Shown: positions 25,805-35,509 of the stretch, piece by piece
Layout: each line of letters begins with the position of its first letter
Position numbering within the stretch: the stretch's first letter is position 1
Virus record (IMG/VR): IMGVR_UViG_3300036944_001324
Location: 62,001-126,000 of that record
DNA: 64,000 bases
Direction: 5' to 3' (one strand)
Made by a program: the position numbers and the translations under genes
Notes under the pieces: model-generated
What the model was told of the DNA's origin: nothing
The model's input: the letters and a program-made list of their open reading frames with translations, nothing else
Databases searched by the model: none

Positions 25805-27058
25805 ATGTACAATATCGACAGCGCCTATGGCGTGACACGAACCCAAGGTGCTCAATGGAAAGCGCACGACGTCAAGGCAATGACCGCTACGGAAGTCTTT
25901 AGCACTTTCCGGCAGTTGTACCTGACTCTGTCTTCCCAGTTTCTGGCTGAGCCTATTTTCGTGGACTTCATGTCCATGCAACATAACCTCGGTACCTCCA
26001 CCGAAACCATGGAAGTCATCTTCGAAAACTGGGATAACACAACCCCAGATACGATTGATGAAATTCCTCAGTACGACACAGTGCGTGCTATCTTTACCGA
26101 TGCATTCCGTGCCGGCTACAAGATCAACGTCGCGCGTCCCGGCAGTCACTGGACATCAGCCGCTAGCCTGGCTGAACGCACCGAAGTGCAGATCTCTCGG
26201 CCTGGCACCAACATGACCCATTTCACCAAGCACTGCATGGTGAGTGTGAATGGGTATTTCTATCCGACCGAGACGGATGGAGTTCTCACCTTCTTGCCCA
26301 ATGCTGGCAAGAACAGCTACGCGTCTCGCCGCAACCAGTGCGGTATCTTGTCATTCGAGAAAGTGGGTGAAATCCAGCAAGTACCGATCATCCCCGCAAA
26401 CGTTCGACCTGCTGCGGTTGGTGGCGAGCTACGCTATCGCTGCCACGTCGATCTGCCTGATGTCGATCTGACCAACAAGAGCGTGATCTTGGTGATTGCC
26501 GGGCATATCCACTTCCTTGGTGACGGTGTGTTCTGGCCGGTATCGAACAACACGTTCTGTGTGGACATGGAGAAGATCCCTTCTCTGCAGCGCTTCTACG
26601 AAAGCCGCAAGTTCATCGACTATTCGAAAATGAACTTGACCCAGTGGATCGACAAGGAAGTTGTGAACATTGAAGAGTTCTTCTCCGACGCCAAGTTCAT
26701 GCACTACATCGCTCATGAGCAATCGTTCTTTGTGGTGGTGGACACCCCGCGTCTGACCAAAGCCCGCATGCACATCCGGCAATTCAACATGCCAGGTCTT
26801 TTCATCGCTTATCGTGAACCCAACGAACTGCTGATGACAGGTACGGGCCGTGTTGCAGAATACTGGAAGACCCATGAGGACGGTGAATGGCGTGTTACGG
26901 TTGCTGACAGCTACCGTGCAAAACGTGTCTTCAACACAACACCTGACTTCAATCCCAACGAAGGTGTTTCCTCCACCAACGTTCCTTACAGCACCTACGC
27001 TTACAGTCGGGCCCATCTGCTTGACATCATCGGTGACAAATTGAAAACAACGCCTTGA
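25805..27058 (+). CDS. Conserved jumbo-phage protein, probably virion structural
   Basis: 417-aa ORF with phage codon bias in the tail/baseplate cluster; no catalytic motif seen. Confidence 0.65.
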   Translation: MYNIDSAYGVTRTQGAQWKAHDVKAMTATEVFSTFRQLYLTLSSQFLAEPIFVDFMSMQHNLGTSTETMEVIFENWDNTTPDTIDEIPQYDTVRAIFTDAFRAGYKINVARPGSHWTSAASLAERTEVQISRPGTNMTHFTKHCMVSVNGYFYPTETDGVLTFLPNAGKNSYASRRNQCGILSFEKVGEIQQVPIIPANVRPAAVGGELRYRCHVDLPDVDLTNKSVILVIAGHIHFLGDGVFWPVSNNTFCVDMEKIPSLQRFYESRKFIDYSKMNLTQWIDKEVVNIEEFFSDAKFMHYIAHEQSFFVVVDTPRLTKARMHIRQFNMPGLFIAYREPNELLMTGTGRVAEYWKTHEDGEWRVTVADSYRAKRVFNTTPDFNPNEGVSSTNVPYSTYAYSRAHLLDIIGDKLKTTP

Positions 27059-27128
27059 CGGCATACATCCCCTACCCCGTGATTAACTCCTTGAGCGGAT
27101 GTTACATCAGGGGTAGGGGACTATGCTG
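27058..27128. terminator. Bidirectional hairpin between convergent genes
   Basis: ACGGCATACATCCCCTACCCC...GGGGTAGGGGACTATGCTG. Confidence 0.7.
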
Positions 27129-27149
27129 CTTGGTGCTCCCAAACAGCGT

Positions 27150-27776
27150 TTAAGGCGCTGGGAGATTGTTCTTAACCCATGCTTCCAATTGCTGAAGCTT
27201 GGAGCGTGTAGCTTGTAAGTCGTCAAGAGCTCGTTGAAGCTTGGAGTAGTCACTCTCGTTGTCAATGACTGCTTCCAAACGAATCGCTTCCAGACGTGCG
27301 CTTTCCTCGTGAGAGATAATGGCGGGCTGGCTGATGATGACACCCTTGATAGTGGGTTTCACACCGACAGCAGACTGCACCAGTCCTTCGATACGTCCGA
27401 TCAACCCATCGAGTTGAAAAGAGTCAGGCAAGGGACCCAGTGAGACACCGAGTACAACGGGGGTGTACAGAACTCCATTGATGTCCGGAGCGCTAGCGAT
27501 GAAGCTAGAAGGAACGTAGACCCATTCACCCGTACCAGCTTGCAGACCGACAATGCAAACGTTGTTTGCAAGATCTTCTTGGTAAGCTTCTGCGCTCACA
27601 CCGTGGGGTTCGTAATAACGCTCCCAGATCAGATCGCCGGATGCAGCGATGTCAGACAACATCCGCAGGCTACGGCACGTATAAGCCACCTGAGGGGTCA
27701 GCAGCGCGTCATACGGAGCCAGCAGTGTGAATACACCGACAGCCCCGATTTGAGGTATAAAACCCGACATGTTCAA
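27150..27776 (-). CDS. Probable virion structural protein
   Basis: 208-aa ORF directly abutting the upstream ORF; structural cluster. Confidence 0.6.
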   Translation of the reverse strand: MNMSGFIPQIGAVGVFTLLAPYDALLTPQVAYTCRSLRMLSDIAASGDLIWERYYEPHGVSAEAYQEDLANNVCIVGLQAGTGEWVYVPSSFIASAPDINGVLYTPVVLGVSLGPLPDSFQLDGLIGRIEGLVQSAVGVKPTIKGVIISQPAIISHEESARLEAIRLEAVIDNESDYSKLQRALDDLQATRSKLQQLEAWVKNNLPAP

Positions 27777-29084
27777 TTACACCGTGGCGTAGTTAAAACG
27801 AGCAGCAACCATGTACTCGACGTTATCGAGCTTTTGGCTCACGAACGTGATGTTGTTACGGGTAAGCGTACGCATACCGGCAGGAACGTCAAGCGACGTG
27901 GTCAGGTTCTCGGCGGCGCGCAGCAGGTTACCCATCATGGTCACCCATTGTTTGGTCAGCTCACTTTGACGGTTGAAGTCTTCGTGCGTGGACTCGACAC
28001 CCAGGTAGTCGTTGACGACTTGCGAGAGCAAGAACATGTTGTTGCGGTTGTCTGGGCCACCTACCACCACCAAACCAATCGAGCGGTAAGGATGGTGGGT
28101 GAACTGCAAGGCAGCGTTCACGTGAGCCAGTGTCCATTCAGGAGGGAGCTTGGACTTCGCAAACAGCAGGCTTTCTTCACCCGTCATGATCGGGGAGTAG
28201 ATGCCGGCGATCGATGTGCGGTTCGGGATAGCGTACTTATCCCAGCGAGGGAACACCACGAAGTGGGTGTTGCGAAACAGATCAGGAAGAATAACCTTCC
28301 AGGATTCGATGTCCTCATTGGAATGCGATTCGATGTAGCTGGTGATAGCTGCATTGATCAGGTCTGTGGTGTTGCCCTTAGGGCCGTAGACAACCGCGTA
28401 CCAATTGAGGGTAATCGTGTTGTTCAGTTGAGCCGGGTTGTACCACTTGACGGTCTGCGCGACGGTCACGGTGTTGGGCTTTTTGTCTTTGGCTTCTTCA
28501 ACCAACTCCATGACACGGTCTTGGGGGCGGCTCTCGAGCAGGTTCTGAACCTGACCAGCAGCCAGCAGCAGATCGTCCAGACGATCCACAGGTGGAACGA
28601 TCACGATGTCGTACTCGTCGTACTGTGCTTCGAAAGCACTGTTACGCAGCCAGATCTTGGCAGAGATTTCAGGACTGCCGTCGATAGTCAGACGAAACTT
28701 GACCCATTCAGGCATCCGACGTGTGCCGTCAGAGCTCAAGGGGCCGCAAGTGATCTCACTCACATAACCCGAAAAACGCAGATCCAGTGCAGCGATGAAA
28801 TCTTGAAGGCGCCAAGACGCATTGATAGTGAGGCCCTGGTCGTAGATCCAGTTGCCCATCTCCAGCAAGCGATCACGGTGCGCAACACCGATGGCTTGAG
28901 GTGTTTGGTTGTCCTTGGAAGAAAAGACCAACAACTCCAAACCAGCGTAGGTGGGTGTGGAATACTCTTTCACGTCCTTGGAGAACGTGCGGCAGAAGCT
29001 GGTGATTTCACCAAAAACAGACGTGGCGGAATTGCCATTGTCTTTGAGTTGAGCCAGGGACCAAAAGCCCTTAACGGTAAGCAT
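27777..29084 (-). CDS. Probable virion structural protein
   Basis: 435-aa ORF in the same operon. Confidence 0.65.
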   Translation of the reverse strand: MLTVKGFWSLAQLKDNGNSATSVFGEITSFCRTFSKDVKEYSTPTYAGLELLVFSSKDNQTPQAIGVAHRDRLLEMGNWIYDQGLTINASWRLQDFIAALDLRFSGYVSEITCGPLSSDGTRRMPEWVKFRLTIDGSPEISAKIWLRNSAFEAQYDEYDIVIVPPVDRLDDLLLAAGQVQNLLESRPQDRVMELVEEAKDKKPNTVTVAQTVKWYNPAQLNNTITLNWYAVVYGPKGNTTDLINAAITSYIESHSNEDIESWKVILPDLFRNTHFVVFPRWDKYAIPNRTSIAGIYSPIMTGEESLLFAKSKLPPEWTLAHVNAALQFTHHPYRSIGLVVVGGPDNRNNMFLLSQVVNDYLGVESTHEDFNRQSELTKQWVTMMGNLLRAAENLTTSLDVPAGMRTLTRNNITFVSQKLDNVEYMVAARFNYATV

Positions 29085-29253
29085 GGTGTTCTTTATCCTT
29101 GTGACTAATAAACCCGCATAAGTGATTCCCGACGCTTTTGCAGACCATTAAACGTGATCTGAAAGCTTCGGGAACAAGCCCTTGACGGGCACAGAAACTT
29201 ATGATATAATTTTCGCGATAACTGCAAAGAACCCTTAATGAGGCGTCCCCTAC

Positions 29254-29688
29254 ATGACCCAAATAATTAACCTACTCAGCTTTATAAAGGAGCTGTTGTT
29301 CAACCGTGGTAAGAAAGACGGTAAAAAGGACCACAAAAGTGGTTTCCTACACACATTGTTGCTGGCTGTATTGGCTGCTTCTTTGTACGGTAACTATTTG
29401 CTCGCTGGTCGTGTGTACGAAAAGACCAAGCAAATCATCAGCCTCAAAAACGAAGTCCAAGAGCTTCGTCCCATGGCAGACAAAGTCGCTGAACTCCAAT
29501 ACATCAACACTGCACTGAGTAATACCATCGCCTTGCTTACAGGCGGCACAGCAGCCCTTGGGCGTGGTAAGACACCCTTACCCTACCCACTGCCTCCTCA
29601 GAGCCCTAAAGAGGCTCTGGTGGCGCCTGCTCCACCGCCTAACAATCCACAACGCCAATTACCGGCAAAAGAAAATAAGGTTGAGTGA
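29254..29688 (+). CDS. Single-pass membrane protein with coiled coil and Pro-rich tail (spanin/holin-like architecture)
   Basis: GFLHTLLLAVLAASLYGNYLL hydrophobic helix, coiled coil, then PLPYPLPPQSP...APPP. Confidence 0.6.
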   Translation: MTQIINLLSFIKELLFNRGKKDGKKDHKSGFLHTLLLAVLAASLYGNYLLAGRVYEKTKQIISLKNEVQELRPMADKVAELQYINTALSNTIALLTGGTAALGRGKTPLPYPLPPQSPKEALVAPAPPPNNPQRQLPAKENKVE

Positions 29689-29718
29689 AAAAATACAGCC
29701 AACCTGAATTGGTTGTAG

Positions 29719-29740
29719 GGTAACGCTGCGCAGCGTTACC
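29719..29740. repeat. Perfect 22-bp palindrome
   Basis: GGTAACGCTGCGCAGCGTTACC, intergenic, just upstream of RNase H. Confidence 0.9.
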
Positions 29741-29770
29741 ACAAACCAACCAACCTGAGATTGAAAAACA

Positions 29771-31285
29771 ATGAGCAATGATTCAGCCGAGTCCGTTGTC
29801 ACAGATGGGCTCGTCCTTTATGCCGATGGTTCGCGCAAGGGCGACAACGTTAACGGCTATCTTGGATACGGTGTTCACGGTTACTCCTTTTCTGTGGAAC
29901 CGCCCAAGAAAGGAACTGGCAATCCAAAGTACGTACCTACCGAGAAAGGGTACGTGGAAAAAACCGAAGAAGGTATTAAACCGATCACACCGGTTCGTTA
30001 CTTTGACGCTGTGGGTTCAACCCACCAACTGGCTTCGAACAACGTGGCCGAGCTGTACGCAGCACAGCACGCCATCGATATCGCGACACAACACCATACC
30101 AAGAAGTTGTTGATCAAGACCGATTCGAAATACGTGGTTGGCGGGATCATGGAGTGGTCCCAGAACTGGGTGAAGAACCGCTGGATCAAGCGCGATGGAA
30201 CACCCGTACCCAACAAGGTAGAATGGCAAGGCCTGCTCGCTAGTGTCGCCAACCTGACGGCCACTGGTGCCAAGCTGGACGTTCAGTACGTCAAAGGTCA
30301 CTCCACGTTCCTTGGCAACAACATCGCTGACAAACTTGCTGGGATTGGCTCAGAAATGAGCAAAGGCGGTAAAGCCACTGTTCACACGACAGTCAGTAAT
30401 CCCGATGGTTACTGGAAAACGCAAGAAGAGAAATCTCCTTTGCTGGCATTCCGTACCATGCTGTTCTCTACGATGACAAGCACCCATCATCCTGGTGAGT
30501 ACTACCTCACTACGGAATCCAAGGGTGAAGAACTCGTAGGCAAAGCACACGTGGATACAGCCTACGCAGTTGTGCAGCTCAAAGAACCCGAACCAGTTCT
30601 GGACATGGTTCGTCATCGCCAAAGCGTCTTGACGGATGGTATTGATTACCTGACGCTTGCACGCATCGACCGGATCTTTGCAGGCGGTCGTGCTGACGAT
30701 CTGATGCAATACGGTGAGCACTGCCTTACCCTTGGACGCGGCCGTAGCAAGAACATGTTCTTCGTTGCTGACCTGAACACGGGTGAAGGTGGTGGGCACG
30801 GTGAGCCATTGACTGAACAGCTTGAACCACCAATGCTAGCCATGCGGGCCATGATGGCGATTGCTGACCTCAAGGACATCTTGGAAGCTTTTAAGGACCA
30901 AGACAAAGCAGTTTGGGAAAAAGCAAACTGGTGCGTGACGGATATCACGAGCGAGTTCTACAAAACCGAGGAAAAGAAAGTCGGTAAAGAAACCAAGCAG
31001 GTTCAAGAGATGCACAAAAGCATCAGCGTCACGATGACGAAGAAAGCCCTGAAGATCAATGCTTTCGGAAGAATGGTGGACATTAACCTGACGCTTGGTC
31101 TTGATGTACCGGGTCGCAATAACCTCAACCGTTTTGCTGAACGGGGGGTGAAGATGCATTTGATCTGTGCCAAGGAAAGTGATAGCGCCTTCCGTTTTCA
31201 CACAGTCATCCAAGCCGGTGAAGACTGGAGCATCTGGAGCAGTTATTACAGCAACATGGTGCTCCTGCCTAAGGAAACAACCTAG
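29771..31285 (+). CDS. rnhA: RNase HI with long C-terminal extension (phiKZ gp155-like)
   Basis: LYADGS, NNVAELYAA, IKTDSKYV, VPNKVEWQ, VKGHS..GNNIADKLA give the complete D/E/D/D RNase H set. Confidence 0.92.
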   Translation: MSNDSAESVVTDGLVLYADGSRKGDNVNGYLGYGVHGYSFSVEPPKKGTGNPKYVPTEKGYVEKTEEGIKPITPVRYFDAVGSTHQLASNNVAELYAAQHAIDIATQHHTKKLLIKTDSKYVVGGIMEWSQNWVKNRWIKRDGTPVPNKVEWQGLLASVANLTATGAKLDVQYVKGHSTFLGNNIADKLAGIGSEMSKGGKATVHTTVSNPDGYWKTQEEKSPLLAFRTMLFSTMTSTHHPGEYYLTTESKGEELVGKAHVDTAYAVVQLKEPEPVLDMVRHRQSVLTDGIDYLTLARIDRIFAGGRADDLMQYGEHCLTLGRGRSKNMFFVADLNTGEGGGHGEPLTEQLEPPMLAMRAMMAIADLKDILEAFKDQDKAVWEKANWCVTDITSEFYKTEEKKVGKETKQVQEMHKSISVTMTKKALKINAFGRMVDINLTLGLDVPGRNNLNRFAERGVKMHLICAKESDSAFRFHTVIQAGEDWSIWSSYYSNMVLLPKETT

Positions 31286-31290
31286 CGTAC

Positions 31291-31327
31291 GGTAGAAGGC
31301 CTCTAAAGGGCCTTCTACCTATGCTGT
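31291..31327 (+). terminator. Hairpin followed by TATGCTGT
   Basis: GGTAGAAGGCC-TCTAAA-GGGCCTTCTACC-TATGCTGT. Confidence 0.75.
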
Positions 31328-31443
31328 CTACCCACGAATACTTTGATAGCTTCGAAGCCACTACCAGAAAGGCTTATCAAGATGCAGCAAACCCATTCGC
31401 GTATGAGTCATTACCCCCTCACAACCCAACCCGTGTAACAACC

Positions 31444-31914
31444 ATGATGACAACCAAATCCTCCGATCAAAAGGGGAATAACGAGCCGGCTCAGAAATCC
31501 CGACTCGAAACCCTCAAAGCAGCAGTGATCAAAGCCGTCGTTCCTATCCGGATGCGCAAAGCTATTTTCGCAGCTTCTTTGGTCGCGCGGCTTAAAGACT
31601 TGACAACTCCCGACAAAGAGTTGGCCAAGCGAGTGGGCATCCTCATGGAGCTCACGTGTAATCCCTCCTCGCTTCTGTATCCGATGCAAATCAACAACTG
31701 GATATGGAAGGACCTCAGTACTGACGGTATCGATCTCTCCGGCAAGAGTCAACTGTCGAGCGAACAACTTCATGCTTTCTGCACGGCTGTGATCAATAGC
31801 ACACCAGAAGCTCTGGAATACAACACGCACCGCGCCATGCGTGAAGACGTTTACCGGTTAGTGATGGCATTCACACCGGCTACGGCGTCCAGAATGAACA
31901 TGCAGGCTGCATAA
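31444..31914 (+). CDS. Conserved hypothetical protein
   Basis: ORF 31321..31914; likelier start ATG 31444 (MMTTKSS). Confidence 0.6.
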   Translation: MMTTKSSDQKGNNEPAQKSRLETLKAAVIKAVVPIRMRKAIFAASLVARLKDLTTPDKELAKRVGILMELTCNPSSLLYPMQINNWIWKDLSTDGIDLSGKSQLSSEQLHAFCTAVINSTPEALEYNTHRAMREDVYRLVMAFTPATASRMNMQAA

Positions 31915-31927
31915 CCCACCCAGACAC

Positions 31928-31966
31928 CATAGAGCAGGGTCCGAAAAGGACCCTGCTCTTATGCCG
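31928..31966. terminator. Bidirectional hairpin between convergent genes
   Basis: CATAGAGCAGGGTCC-GAAA-AGGACCCTGCTCTTATGCCG. Confidence 0.8.
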
Positions 31967-31975
31967 CTTAAAGCG

Positions 31976-32809
31976 TTAAACCTTCTTCAAAACGTCGGTG
32001 AGGCGTTCCACGGAAGCCACGTAGGTGGTTGCCCGGTAGTAGGTCAGCGCAAAGAACTCGACCTGACGAGCCAGAGCGAACAAGCATTCTACCAAGTTGT
32101 TCAGCTGGACTCCAGACAGATCTTCGATGCTGCCTTCGTTGATTTCTTCAACCAGCAGGTTGATCAGGTCATTGACTTCTTTGACACTGTTTTGTACCAC
32201 GGAAGGATCAATGCTTTTGATCTCTCGGATGATGCCTTGGCTCACGTTGAAGACATCACGAATGTCGCCGATGCTGGTAGTGATGTCACCCACGGTCATG
32301 ACGGCGCGATGAGAACCCCGCACAAAGAAAGAAGCAACACTGGCGTCGATTTCTTCAGAACGCTTTTGGGCGACCGAGTTGTTCTTCGTCAGATCACGAA
32401 GATACTGACGAGAACTCTTGTTCGAGAGAATTTCAGCAATCAGCTTGCGGTACGTCAGGATAGCCGGTGCGGTGAAATCGTGGTAGTAATTGAACCCAGA
32501 CAAAACCGTGTTGCCGTAGTCAAGGTAGTTGCCATGAAAGCCCTCGAGGGTAGTCACCGACAAAGGAGCAACGACCGCGAAGTTAGCGCTTGCCAGCTTC
32601 CGCATGATCTTTTCTTGTTCCACTGCCAGATGGGTGGCCTTGTAGAAGTCAAACTTGGCAGAAAAGAAACTGGCCAGGCCGTCGCGAGCACTTGCGAAGA
32701 AGCGTGGCAGAAAGCCAACGGTAGCCCGGGACGTGTTGCCGGTTTGGAATTCAGCAGCGATGGCTTCGCGAGCCACCTGCATTGCCGGAGTGATCAAAGT
32801 CAGTTGCAT
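31976..32809 (-). CDS. Probable virion (head) protein
   Basis: 277-aa helical ORF; N-terminal AAE could be a prohead-protease site. Function by context only. Confidence 0.55.
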   Translation of the reverse strand: MQLTLITPAMQVAREAIAAEFQTGNTSRATVGFLPRFFASARDGLASFFSAKFDFYKATHLAVEQEKIMRKLASANFAVVAPLSVTTLEGFHGNYLDYGNTVLSGFNYYHDFTAPAILTYRKLIAEILSNKSSRQYLRDLTKNNSVAQKRSEEIDASVASFFVRGSHRAVMTVGDITTSIGDIRDVFNVSQGIIREIKSIDPSVVQNSVKEVNDLINLLVEEINEGSIEDLSGVQLNNLVECLFALARQVEFFALTYYRATTYVASVERLTDVLKKV

Positions 32810-33002
32810 GTACTTGCTTTCAAAAATAAGAAGGGTTTGCTAGTGAAGCTTATCGGGCTTACCAAAATGGAATATGAATCCATTTTGTCAATGGTTCTAT
32901 AGAATTACCGACTATTTTTTCTGGCGTTGGTGCATCATTTGTTACGAAGGCTTGCAACCCAAGTCCTTCTATTTTCATTCATCAACACAAGCCTACTCCC
33001 TT

Positions 33003-34514
33003 ATGCTGCAACTTGCACCCGATCTGGAGACATCCCCAGCCATGAAAATCCTGCTGAACATCGGCGGGGGACTCGACATGCCAACAGGCACCTACATCAA
33101 AGGCCTTCATGGCGAGATGATATTGCTCGGTGGTTTGGGCTTTATCACCGGTATGGTAGGTATCGGTAACAACTTCAAGACCACACTGCTGCATTGCATG
33201 ACCAACCAGGGCATGGCCCGAGTGTTTGAGTCCTGCGCCCTGCCTGAAAAGAAAACTCAACGCAAGCTCAAGCGTCTTGAGAGCACCAACTCCGCCTACG
33301 ATACGGAAGTGAACATTCAGCTGCCGCGTCTGAAGACGCTCGCTGCTGCGATTCGTACCTTCGCTGCCTTGGGCTATAACCTGATCGACCAGAAGTACTG
33401 GCGTGTCACGGACAAGACCATTTACTGGGGCAACGAGTGGTTCGAGAAGTTCAAGGACTTCATGAAGTACAAACGCAAGAACGAAGACGCGTACAAACTG
33501 CTCACTCCGTTCCCGGATCATGACGGCAAATCACCCATGCCGGTGTTGCTGCCTACTTTCGGCTGCGTGGACTCTTTGACGGACTTCCAGTCCGAAAAAG
33601 AAGAAGAGATGATGGACGCCAACGAACTCGGTGAGTCCGGTGGCAATACCCTGTTCATGAAGGGCGGCTTGATCAAGACGCGACTGCTGACAGAACTGCC
33701 TGCCCTCACTGGTGGTGCGTACCACTTCATTGGCCTCACCGCGCAGTTGAACAAAGAGCTGGCCATGGGCGGCCCTCCAGGCGGCGCCGCACAACCGACC
33801 AAGAAGCTGCAGTACTTGAAGAACGGTGACCGTATCGTAGGCGCCACGAACAAGTTCACCTACGCTACCAGCGTGTGCTTTAACGCTTACAACGCGGCTC
33901 CTTTGGTGGACAAAGACCGCATGGCCGAGTACCCGCACCCTTCGGGCTCCAAAGGCATCGGTGACACTGATCTGAACACCGTCAAACTCACGGTACTGCG
34001 CAACAAGAATGGCCCCACTGGCGTCACCCTCACCATGGTGGTCACGCAGCGTGAAGGCTTGCAGTTCGAACTCACTGAGTTCCACAACATCCGCGAGAAT
34101 GGCCGTTTCGGTATCATCGGTAAGGGTGCTTACTACACCCTGGCTCTGTACCCCGAATGCTCCGTGATGCGCACCACAATCCGTGCCAAGATCGAAGAAG
34201 ACGCCAAGCTGCGTCGCGCGATCAACATCACTTCCGAAATGCAGCAGATGACCGAGTTCATGCCCGACATCTGGGCTGAGTACGGCTGCACACCGGAAGA
34301 GCTGCACGCCGATCTGATCAAGCTGGGCTATGATTGGGATCTTCTCCTGAAGACACGCGGTTACTGGTTGTTCAACAACGAGACCAACCCAGTTCCTTTC
34401 CTGTCCACCTACGACTTCCTGCGCATGCGCAAAGGCGAGTACTTCCCGTACTGGATGACTGAAGACAAGAAGGGCATCAAGCCCGAGTTTGTGTTCGAGT
34501 ACGACACCCAATAA
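33003..34514 (+). CDS. uvsX: UvsX/RecA-like recombinase (phiKZ gp152-like)
   Basis: LNIGGGLDMPTG, variant Walker A GMVGIGNNFKTT, AYDTE, Walker B GCVDSLT, FIGLTAQL, and a late strand TVLRNKNGP. Start probably 33003 or 33042 rather than 32874. Confidence 0.85.
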   Translation: MLQLAPDLETSPAMKILLNIGGGLDMPTGTYIKGLHGEMILLGGLGFITGMVGIGNNFKTTLLHCMTNQGMARVFESCALPEKKTQRKLKRLESTNSAYDTEVNIQLPRLKTLAAAIRTFAALGYNLIDQKYWRVTDKTIYWGNEWFEKFKDFMKYKRKNEDAYKLLTPFPDHDGKSPMPVLLPTFGCVDSLTDFQSEKEEEMMDANELGESGGNTLFMKGGLIKTRLLTELPALTGGAYHFIGLTAQLNKELAMGGPPGGAAQPTKKLQYLKNGDRIVGATNKFTYATSVCFNAYNAAPLVDKDRMAEYPHPSGSKGIGDTDLNTVKLTVLRNKNGPTGVTLTMVVTQREGLQFELTEFHNIRENGRFGIIGKGAYYTLALYPECSVMRTTIRAKIEEDAKLRRAINITSEMQQMTEFMPDIWAEYGCTPEELHADLIKLGYDWDLLLKTRGYWLFNNETNPVPFLSTYDFLRMRKGEYFPYWMTEDKKGIKPEFVFEYDTQ

Positions 34515-34520
34515 TCACAA

Positions 34521-34570
34521 GCTGCGTGAAACTTCACGCAGCGTTCCATCTCTTTCTTTTTCTTTCATTT
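34521..34570 (+). terminator. Hairpin plus pyrimidine tract after UvsX
   Basis: GCTGCGTGAA-AC-TTCACGCAGC followed by TCTCTTTCTTTTTTCTTTC. Confidence 0.5.
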
Positions 34571-34574
34571 CACC

Positions 34575-34976
34575 ATGAACACCCAAGACTCTAACGTGAC
34601 CGACGTTGTGGACAAAAACACTCCACGCTCTGCCGACGGTTTTCACCTGTCCCCTGCTCAGCTGACCAAGCAACCCGGCGATGTCGATCTGATCGAAAAA
34701 TGCCGTGAGATCCTGGTTGGCCTTGCCATCGATCCTGAACAACTGGCTGTCTACGATAGCGCTCACACGCTCATCATGGCCAAGAACATGACCACGTTCG
34801 CACAGCGCACAGCGCTCAACCAGTTCTGGCACCTGCAGATGGGTCCCTTCGGTCGCCTGTCCCACATGCAGCGCTACAAGCTGATCGAAAACGGTACGGT
34901 CGAAGACTGGCTGCGTTTGTTCAACCAGGGTCCTGCTCAATTCATCATCGACAACAAGCTGCCCGTGCCGTTTTGA
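34575..34976 (+). CDS. Conserved hypothetical protein
   Basis: 133-aa ORF with phage codon bias. Confidence 0.7.
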   Translation: MNTQDSNVTDVVDKNTPRSADGFHLSPAQLTKQPGDVDLIEKCREILVGLAIDPEQLAVYDSAHTLIMAKNMTTFAQRTALNQFWHLQMGPFGRLSHMQRYKLIENGTVEDWLRLFNQGPAQFIIDNKLPVPF

Positions 34977-35101
34977 TGAACCATTATTGCTGTTGGATAT
35001 TAAAAACCCCATCAGTAATAATGGTATGCGTTGAGTGACATCGACGTTTGTTCCGTACCTGAAGCATCAATCTCCCACCACTAAGAAAGGAGTACTGCAA
35101 G

Positions 35102-35392
35102 ATGAAGAAAATCCTGCTGTTCTGTTCGATCTGTTGCCTGTTCCTGCTCTCGATCCCTGCTTTCACCCTGGGCCTGGCCGCGGCCGTCTCTGACGCCTTC
35201 GCCCATCCCGAGTTCGTGATCCTGGCGGCCGCCGCGTGCGCTACTGCCATGGCGTTCGTCGCCACTCAAGCCATGGCCAAGGCCATTGCCTGGGCGCGAA
35301 TGCGATTGCAGCGCAAGGGTTTCTCGATCGGTGCTGGTTCCTCGGATTTCGCCGGTATGGTGAGCGCAAGCTCGTTCCATGCCAGGTGTTAA
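35102..35392 (+). CDS. Small membrane protein (two hydrophobic helices)
   Basis: AAGGAG RBS; MKKILLFCSICCLFLLSIPAFTLGLAAA and FVILAAAACATAMAFVA. Confidence 0.7.
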   Translation: MKKILLFCSICCLFLLSIPAFTLGLAAAVSDAFAHPEFVILAAAACATAMAFVATQAMAKAIAWARMRLQRKGFSIGAGSSDFAGMVSASSFHARC

Positions 35393-35440
35393 TCTTTAAC
35401 AACTGATCAAACCTTCTTCGACTTCGCACACAGTTGACGA

Positions 35441-35479
35441 TAACTCCACCGCTATGTTAGCGGTGGAGCTTTATGCTGT
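35441..35479 (+). terminator. Hairpin followed by TTATGCTGT
   Basis: AACTCCACCGCTA-TGT-TAGCGGTGGAGCT-TTATGCTGT. Confidence 0.75.
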
Positions 35480-35509
35480 CGGTGTTTTTAACGCTTAAAA
35501 AGAAATCGT

